Source of the DNA: Octopus vulgaris
Taxonomy: Eukaryota
Assembly: GCA_951406725.2 (NCBI GenBank)
Contig: OX597817.1
Coordinates: 19,778,001 to 19,842,000 of the forward strand
DNA length: 64,000 bases
Direction of reading: 5' to 3'
The notes under the pieces: model-generated
What the model was told of the DNA's origin: nothing
What the model saw: only the letters and a program-made list of their open reading frames with translations
Databases searched by the model: none
Program-made: the position numbers and the translations under genes
In this document: positions 55,213-64,000 of the stretch, in pieces
Layout: each line of letters opens with the position of its first letter
Position numbering within the stretch: the stretch's first letter is position 1

Positions 55213-56949
55213 TATTTTCCCACCCTGTTTTTAAAATACATATGTGATTTTGATTTTCTATTTTTCAATTAACACAACAATGCAGAGCTTATTGAAGAAA
55301 GCCTCAGTTAGTGAATTTAGTCAAAAAAACTTTCGAAGAATGCTGTGGTATTTGTAAAATTCCAAACAGTTAATGGATGCTATCCGATATCATCGATTTC
55401 TGATTCTTTAATGACTTGCGTTTTACGATATACTTTATATAATCGCGCGGTTGCAGTTCCATCGAAGAGGCCAGGGAACAGAAGAAAGAAGGAGAAAGAA
55501 GACACCTCCGAAAGGGGGTGAGGTGTCACGTCAAAACGGTTGAGGAGTAGGGGCCGAAATCGGATGTGGTTCCTCCTGATGATGTCTTGAGTTAACTGGA
55601 TCCTATAAAAGAGCTGTTGTGGTAGCATATCCTGAAACACAGTTGATATTCCTTCACTTGATATATTGTTGTTCATATATGACACTGCAAAAATCACTTC
55701 ATGCTTGTTGGTATCCTAGATTTTTGCACAATGCAGTAAAAAAAGGCATCCTCTTATACATTACTTGTACTTGCATAAGATTAAAAAAAAAAACTAATTT
55801 GATTCCAGGCAATGTAACTTTCGAATATAACCTTCACGTTATGATGTGTGTGTGTGTGAGTGCGCGCGTCCGGATGTGGGTGTATGTGTGAGTACATCAA
55901 TAACTTTGGAAACGCTTGTTTCAGATTTTGTTTTTTGTATATTGTCAAGGTATTATTGGGTTTTGTCGGGGGAAGCTAATGTTTCTTGACATGATTAATC
56001 TGGGTATTTTGAAAAATTAGAAGATTTATCGTTGTTTAAAACGAATGTTGATATTCGTTTGCGTTTGATTATGGTGAGTTTTGAATGCTCAGATATAGCT
56101 ATACTAATGAATATATACATCTATATTTGTATAAGATTTAACATACGTAACTATGATAGTATGAATGCCTTCATGTCAGTACTGGCACACGTAAAATGCG
56201 TAATTGTTTAGGGAAATATTTTGCAGCAGATGAGAAGCAAAAATGTTACAAAATATGACGAGAAAGAAACGACGGCTATCGAAGAAAGTTGCAGTTAAAT
56301 ATTTTCCTGCGTGAACAATAAAGAAAATATTAAAGACAATAAAGTTAGAACACATATACAGTATATGATATATATATATTATTATTGAAATATATACTAT
56401 TGTATTAAGAACACCAGTGAGCAAAAGCTTACGTGAAATGATGAATAGCATAATAAACATACCGAGAGAAACTGAAGAAAAAAAAATAATGCAATTTCCT
56501 GTCCGTATAGCTATAGCTTATGCTGCTGCAGTGAAGGCTATTTGTTGAAGTGTTGGGCATCTGAAAGCAAGAAATGATTGAAGAGAATAAGTCGGATGCA
56601 TTAAGATGAGACCAGAGGTTTTTTCATATAATATAAACAAACAAATAATATGCGGTATCTTGATTACATTTCTCCCAGTTTGCTATATCTAAGCGCAATG
56701 TCCTTAAAAGTCAATTTGTGGTGATGGTAGAATAGCTCACCGTTCTTGGACCACTGTGAATTTTCACAAATCAGTGCATTGCAGCGGACGGCTCAACAAA
56801 ATTATCTCGCAAGCAAATTAAATTGAACATAACCCATAGTATGCGTTACTTTCATTATTCTAATTTTTATAATAATCTAGAGGAATACGCCATACTCATC
56901 GGTGTCGAAGGTAATCTAAGATTAGTGGGATCGATGCAATAAACGTTCC

Positions 56950-57950
56950 AATTAAAATTCATTAAATAACAACAGTAGAAAAGTTATGGAGTGAGAAAGA
57001 GTTACAAAGAGTGATATTCTGAAGAGATGTAAGCTAGTATTGAAGTTAGCGCAGGCCAGGGTGTTGATGTGCAACGTAAGGGATGAGAAGAGAAATAAGT
57101 GAATAATAAACGCTTGATTGGACGTGGCTCGCAACCTTGTATCTCCCAAAGCAGATAACATTTGGTAAGATAGAAATGGAAAACATTGGAGACGGTACGT
57201 TTAGAGTACAGAGGCTGGAAAGGCACCTAACGTTGACGTTACGGCAATCAGTGGAGTGTATTTAACTTGAATACGCTGTTGAAAGTTTCCGTGCAGTACC
57301 AGCCCAGACATGGGAGCGATGATCTCTTGTGTGTAAATTAACCTTCGTAGACGTCAGAAGAGAAGTGCCACTCTCCTATAATTCCAAATTTTTCACGTGC
57401 CTATATTAGGAAAATATTGGAGGTGATATTACCAAATGTATGCAGTTTGGATTTAAATTTAAAATTGGCAGCGAAAGTAGATATGTTCAACGTGGATATG
57501 CAATCGTGGTTCAGAAATAGTGTTAAGTAGGATTCGTTAAGCTTGGTAGTACATATTTTGTCAAAAGAAGAAAAAGGTAGTTAGAGAGGCTGGAGACCTC
57601 ATCGGCTGAGTTATGTATGTAAGCATTCTTTACTGCTTAAACGTTGGTTTTACAAGAATTGCGCTGTTTGTTAAACGCTGACATTTGCTGCCTGTGAGTC
57701 ATTGTTGGCATTTTCTTGCCTGTAATGCTGGAACGCAGCTCTGAGTGATTAGTGTGAGCTACTTAGAGCACTGAGATTTTGTGTATTGGATGTATTCAAA
57801 CATACATCTAAATGATTATCATGGTGCAAGTAAGTGAGTATAAAACTGTGTTTTCTCTAATCAGTCAGCCGCCATGAGATGCAATAGGTAATCAGCATAA
57901 TGATATAGTATATGGCTATGTGTCAGGTAGTTGGAAGGAAAAGGAATCGT
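56950..57950 (-). mobile_element. Highly degenerate L2/CR1-group LINE remnant
   Basis: Minus-strand SHVWAG (YCSHVW motif) and downstream sequence resembling the RT C-terminal tail. Confidence 0.4.
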
Positions 57951-57991
57951 AACATCGTAATTGTTATAATGTCTTGTTGTTGAGATAGGCT

Positions 57992-58088
57992 TTCTTTTTT
58001 TCCTGATGAGAAGATTGCATTTTACACCGTTTATTCCTTTGGAATAGAACTAATGTTGTCTTCGAAACATATGTCGAAAGTAAAAGAA
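57992..58088 (+). ncRNA. Type I hammerhead ribozyme with an intact catalytic core
   Basis: CTGATGA at 58003-58009; stem II GAAGA/TCTTC; GAAA at 58064-58067; palindromic stem III ACATATGT; GTC triplet at 58073-58075; stem I tttc/gaaa, extendable by ttctttt/aaaagaa across a 2-nt bulge. Confidence 0.75.
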
Positions 58089-58170
58089 TTTTAATAACAT
58101 CTGCGTTCACCTCCATTTATTTACTTATATATATATATATATATTATATCAAATTAGAGACAAATTATGG

Positions 58171-58203
<33 letters not shown>

Positions 58204-58212
58204 ATATATATA

Positions 58213-58262
58213 ACGTCCACGCGTTATTGTGTTTTTTTTTTGTTTTCTTGTTTGGATTAACT
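58213..58262 (+). mobile_element. Short end fragment of the repeat at 10139-10335
   Basis: cgtccacgcgttattgtg...ttcttgtttggattaact matches the reverse complement of 10141-10186. Confidence 0.6.
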
Positions 58263-58264
58263 AT

Positions 58265-58340
<76 letters not shown>

Positions 58341-58559
58341 CACATATAACAAAAAAGGGGTTGCATTTCTATGCAGGAAAAATATGTTAACAAGTTTAAA
58401 TGTTCATAACATTCAATAATATTAAAACTGCATCAGTTTGTTTGAATGTACAAAACTCAATGGTGTTAATAGTCAGCGATAAGAAATAAACATCATCAAT
58501 TTTCAGTCATGCTGAGATAAGAGGGAAAAAATAAGAGAGGAATGGATATAGTAAAACAA

Positions 58560-59215
58560 AGGATTTGGTTTACAGATTCTCTGATCCTCATTCCCTCGTG
58601 TGTAGGAACTTTCGCTTGTCACGATGTGTTTTGGAATCGGTGCATTTATTTTATTTTTTTTCAGCGAACGGATCTGATTTTTGATTCGTTAAAGTATTGG
58701 TGACATCTTATTTTTCCGGTAGTCAAGTTTGTTGTTCTCCCTGGTTGGCTTCCCTGTGGGAAACGATTATCAGCCGTTCCAGTTGGTTGATTCTATGAAA
58801 TGGTCAATTTGTTGTATCTGCTGAAGTTCGATTTTGATTGGTTTAGAGTTAGGTGACGTCGGCAACTGGTTCTTGTCAAATTTCATTGCTCTAGAGATAG
58901 GTGACGTCGGCAACTTGTATTCGTATGGTGATTTGGAGTTGTGGTTTCAAAGACGGGTGGAAGACTGTTACTAAAGTTTATAAAATTGTTGTTCCTGGTT
59001 ACTTTTTTTTAAATTGATTCTTTTTTCCTTTTACCCTTTAGTGTTTTGTCTTATTTCTAGAGGATATTCAGCCGTGGTTTATATCTGACTGAGAATGCTT
59101 TTCTTATTTAAACGGAATTGGGTTGAAGTGTTTCCGGTGCATTGATAGAGAGGGAAGATATGGTATTGCTGGTTTATTTTTACGTGGCATTGGTCTAGAT
59201 GTTTCCTTACGGGAA
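58560..59215 (-). mobile_element. Penelope-like element: GIY-YIG C-terminus and 3' untranslated region
   Basis: Minus strand RKHLDQCH...YHIFPLYQC...RLNKKSI...KPRLN (59060-59210) resembles the H...R...E..I....P.LN terminus. Confidence 0.5.
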
Positions 59216-59220
59216 TTTTC

Positions 59221-59438
59221 CTAGTCGTGGGATCCCGGATTTGTTGCAAGTGCGGCAGGGTGAACAGGATCAGGAGAAAGAGCCAGGTTGAGAGGTTGCG
59301 TTAGGGAAGAAACTGTGTACCGGAGGTCAGAGGTTGTGAGCGCGCTTGAAAGAGGGAAGGTGTAGTTTAGGGAAGATTTGCGAAGGGTAAGAAAGAGGAG
59401 AGGTGGGAAGGAATGAAGAGAGGAAGTAGGTTGTGAGG

Positions 59439-59472
<34 letters not shown>

Positions 59473-60120
59473 AGAGATGGGTAGGAATGAAGAGAAGAAG
59501 TAGGTCTCAGATGAAGACAGGAGAAAAGGGGAGTCAGATGAAGAGGGGAAGACATTTGAGCCCACGTGGCGTAAAGGAACGAAGAGAGATGATTAGTTCT
59601 TGTTCGCGGTGAAGGCGGGAGTTCGGATGGCCCCTGTGCAAAGACAATCTGAACACAGACAGGTAATGAACGACCGGTAGAGCGAAAATGCCGCGGGACC
59701 GGGTGGGGGGTATCATTGCTGAGTCTAATGTTTCGGAGTTGCTCCACGAACCGGTTAGCCAAGCGGCGTCCCGTTTGGCCGATGTGCAGAGATGGGAAGA
59801 AAGAGAAGGAGATGCAGTAAATGATGTTGCTAGACATTCAGGTAAAGTAGTCAGTGATATTTTAGGAACGATGATGGGTGCTTTTGAGGACGGTGTTGAA
59901 GAAGTTGGGGCAACTGCGTCGTCGTGAACAGGATCAGGAGAACGAGCCAGGCTGGGAAGTTCGTTTAGGGGAGAAACTGTGTACCAGAGGTCACGTAGCT
60001 TGTGGACGCGCTTGAAGGAAAGAAGGGGTAGGTTGGGGAAGATGTGCGAAGTGGAGCGGTCTCACTGGAATCGCCGGATGGCTCGTAGAATGGTCCGTTA
60101 GAGGGTCAGGGTGGAGGGCT
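59221..60120 (-). mobile_element. Penelope-like (Neptune-type) retroelement, GIY-YIG endonuclease region, partial tandem
   Basis: SSNIIYCIS...LHIGQTGRRLANRFVEQLRNIR...PVPRHF (ORF 59367-59837), preceded by PLLSFKRVHKLRDL. Segment 59925-60050 recurs at 59261-59386. Confidence 0.85.
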
Positions 60121-61667
60121 GTTAATTGAGAGAAAACAGGAGACGGGCAACATATTATTTTCGCCCTATGCAATTCACATTCGATAGTTACGTGTATCAC
60201 TTATTATTTCAACTAAACCTATTGATAATGTTGACATCTAACTTCATATTTTGCGGAAGATGCAGTTTCCCTGATCGACGCGATTAATGAAGCACAAATA
60301 CATCTGCAGGATTGGATCTAAGTATAGTATATATCTTATAAACACTTTTACCAGGTATATTAATAAAGAAAAAAAATGAAATAATGCAAGACTCTGTCCA
60401 ATATTTACAAATATGTAACTTTTCCACCTCTTAATATGAGAATATTTGTAGGAAATAGAACTTTCAGTGATTCTATTGAGGTATGATTATATATATTGTT
60501 ATGAATATTCCATTGATAAAATTAAAAAGTGGTACGTTATTGTTATAATATATGCCTCAAGTATGAAACCATTGTAAAATTAACTCACCATGGATTCTAA
60601 AATATCAACCAGTAAACAAAAGAATGACATTTGAAACTACAAATCATTTGAAAATTGGTGATCTAACTTTGCAAATTGCAACATTATTCCAGTTACAACT
60701 TCATAAACATGATGAACTCTATACCACACAAAGAAATGTAATTGGAAACGTTTTGATTTCCTTACTAATAATAGATCCTAGCGTCAATATTCAAAAATTT
60801 TATACAGTTTAACAGTACAATCGGCTACGAGGTTCTTCAAACTCTATACGTTAATTGAAACATTTCCTTTGGGGCTTAATATGGCTATCCTGTTTCTACT
60901 GTGTAAAATCATATATATCATTGTCATTTCCCATACCATTTGTGAAGCTAACATATATATGCGCAATCCAGTTGAAGATAATTGTACATATACTATACAA
61001 CCATATAACTTTACTTTGTCAATATCTTGTTTAAAGAATCAAAAGCCTTCCATCATTCAGTTATTTTACCCGTTGTTGATATGTTCTCATTCAAAATTTG
61101 AAACGCTATTATCGTTTCAATTTAAGAAAAATGAATTATTTCTTGCATCGAATTGATTCCAACTCATTACATTGCATCAAATCTCATGTCTCTTTTTCTC
61201 ATAAATGCACTATTTCTTCCAAAATTACAATACAGCATATTTGTATTTCATTATAATAAAATATATTTGCGTCATTATTGATGCAAGAAACGGGAGGATA
61301 AAAATAAGAACGCCGGCAGGAATGCAAAGAAATATGACTTAATAAATATATAATATTGAAAACTTTGTCCGTTTTGTCACCGAGAATTATTTCCATTAAG
61401 TGATAATACTGTATTTGATTAGAGGAAGGTTTCAAATGTGTAGAGTAAAGGTTAGGCACCGTATGTGTCGTAACCATGATTATATTTATGGTACTTGTTC
61501 ACTTCAACAAGCATATTAATAATCGAAATAATGTTCGTGATAAGTTGATTATATATTTCCCACCATACAGCATGGATGATGAAAACTAGTATAAACTAAT
61601 ATAGGAAACCAGTTACCGCACCGCCTTTTGAAATCGCATCATCAATAATATCAGTGATGCATACTAT

Positions 61668-61681
61668 TGCTGCTGCTGCTG

Positions 61682-61719
<38 letters not shown>

Positions 61720-61753
61720 GCTGCTGCTACTGCTGCTGCTGCTGCTGCTGCTG

Positions 61754-61821
<68 letters not shown>

Positions 61822-61830
61822 GCTGCTGCA
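61668..61830. repeat. (GCT)/(ACT) microsatellite
   Basis: Read directly. Confidence 0.95.
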
Positions 61831-64000
61831 GCTGCCACTGTTGTTACTAATGCTACATCTACTGCTACATCTGCTCTGGTTGCTATCCACGAAGTAAAGT
61901 GAAACGTAAATGGACCCTTCGTTAAATATTTCAGATGTTCATTCATTTGAGCTCGCTACGCAGTGAACTATTATAGTGCAGCTGTCACATAATTCCACAG
62001 ACAACAGTGCATCTGAAGTAGGCTCAGCGAGAAAAATTGCCTGGCAATGAGGGACGTTTGAATTAAAAGTATATCTGTGTGATCAATGTTACCCTGCCCT
62101 TAAACTTCCCTTAATACCTATCCATCTGGAGGAGGTAACCAATCAGTGTCAAACCCTGGGCAACATAACAAGACAACCCCTCTAAGCACCCCAACAAAAT
62201 TGCTTTACTGCATGGATTCACATCTAAAGAAGTCGAACTGCAAAACTACCGAGTGTTCGTAGTTCATTTTTGTTTCTGTGAATATTTCGCACTGATTTAG
62301 ATCGGTGGCTGGCACCTAAGGTTCAGTGGCATTCGATTCCATTACGATGACCTTTTTCGTAAATGCAGCCATGACTTTTTCATCCTCTTTGGAAAGAGAT
62401 ACCTTTCAAAATTCTACTTTTTGCAGTAATGGTCCGAGAATACATTTAGGAGGGGTAAGAAGGAACACATATGACGGAGCGAACCACTAACCTGAAATCG
62501 TTCGAATTGGGATCATTTACCTTGGCCATTGAGCAGATGACCCTGAACATGTAAGCAATAAAACTCCCTGGAGACATTACCGAAACCGACTACCTCCAGG
62601 ACAACTTCTTAAGGTGATCGTTGATAGTATCGAAAAATTTCGATTAAAACAGATTGATGAAAATTGTAGCGAGGGTACGATTGTGCCAGGTATAGTATAA
62701 TTGGAGCTTGTGGATAATCCGAACCGACATACTTAATTTACATTCTTCAGACCACGATTAGAACGACAAGCGATAATCTTGCTCGAACCTTGGTGAAAAT
62801 GTTACAAATATCTCTGCTTTAGTAGAGCTGTCTATTGTAAATTATCAACTATGCTCCTTTGTTTCCGTCTTTCCTCGTCAGTTCCACCACCCAATAACTT
62901 ACAGAACTAGGAATAGGCCTGTCCTGCTGCGAGGTTAGTACGTATATCACAGGTCATCATCGATGTAGTTGTGCATGAATATGCTGAGTAGTAAGTCTGA
63001 TCTTCTGAACCTTGTAAAACTAAGCATCAGCTCATGTATCTCAGCTGCTGTTATCAGCTTTCTGCACCTGCAAAGAAAACATTGATAGGTGAGTCTAGTA
63101 CATCGAGCGAGGTAATAAATTCTCCCGCGATCTCTGTTCTATCGCTTACTCTAAACAGTTGAGCAGAGTGCCGCTGAAAATCTACAGGTGCAACTGTAAA
63201 GGAACATTAGATAAATGCAATATGAATTCGAGCAAAATAAACATTATTAAAAATCTTCAAGATAGAAGCAACATAGGATACGAAGATTCTTGAATAAAGG
63301 AAACTTTTTGTGTGTTATGTTAACTCAATAACAAACATTCAAATAGTTTTAAGGTGTATGAAGTAGAATTGCAATTCATTGAGATGAATATATACAATCC
63401 AATAAATGTAGACTTTCTTCATTTGAAAATATAATAAACAATAGGAACTAAAATATAAAAGTAATATGAATGAATCATCGGCATGAGCAATCTATAATAT
63501 CAAAAGGCTGTTTTGGAGCAATTCATTAAATAAGTTTTCCTTTTGAATATATCTGAATATTGATCCAAATATTATTATTTTCTCCTGAAATGATAATCTT
63601 CAATTCCTTCCCTTATCACAATTACATTGTAACAATAAAATTATTGGAAATAAATAATTAAATAAATATAAATATTGAATGAAAAGTTTTTAAAAAAATG
63701 AACTAATATTTTCTCTTCTACTTCAAGGAAGCAATATTAACTTTGTGTTGATAATCTAAATAGGATTGGATTAAATAAACAATTGAATATCAGAAGAGTG
63801 AAATAATCAAACAAGTAATGAATATAGTGGGAAGTAGGCAGCGAAGACTAAAATGAACTAAATTTGGTGATATGGAGTTTAATCGTTTGGTGATAATATA
63901 AATCCTTCGGAAGACACTAGGCGCATAAATTACATAAATATTAAGGTTTTGGAGGTTTAGGGAAACAAGACACGAAAAGTATCGGCTTGCTAAAAAATAT

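Noticed and set aside
55380-55697. 105-aa minus-strand ORF
   Set aside because: No recognisable domain, and the length is compatible with chance
62860-62885. Minus-strand ctgacgag...ggaaac hammerhead-like motif
   Set aside because: No stem I, stem III or properly placed NUH triplet

Overview
AT-rich, microsatellite-dense eukaryotic non-coding DNA. The repeat repertoire resembles an octopus/coleoid cephalopod genome, which is an inference from recalled repeat families. I found no supportable host protein-coding gene, and almost all ORFs in the track are translations of (TA)n, (AAT)n, (CTA)n or (TACA)n tracts. The window is mostly transposon remnants: three tRNA-derived SINE families, L1/Tx1-like, R4/Dong-like, RTE and L2/CR1-like LINE fragments, Penelope-like (GIY-YIG) fragments, a near full-length DD37D maT element, a mariner fragment and non-autonomous Helitrons. 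The most notable signal is a type I hammerhead ribozyme with an intact catalytic core at 57992-58088 (+), beside Penelope-like sequence. Several degenerate hammerhead-like motifs and short fold-back repeats lie next to (TA)n tracts elsewhere. All calls come from manual reading; no searches or folding programs were run.
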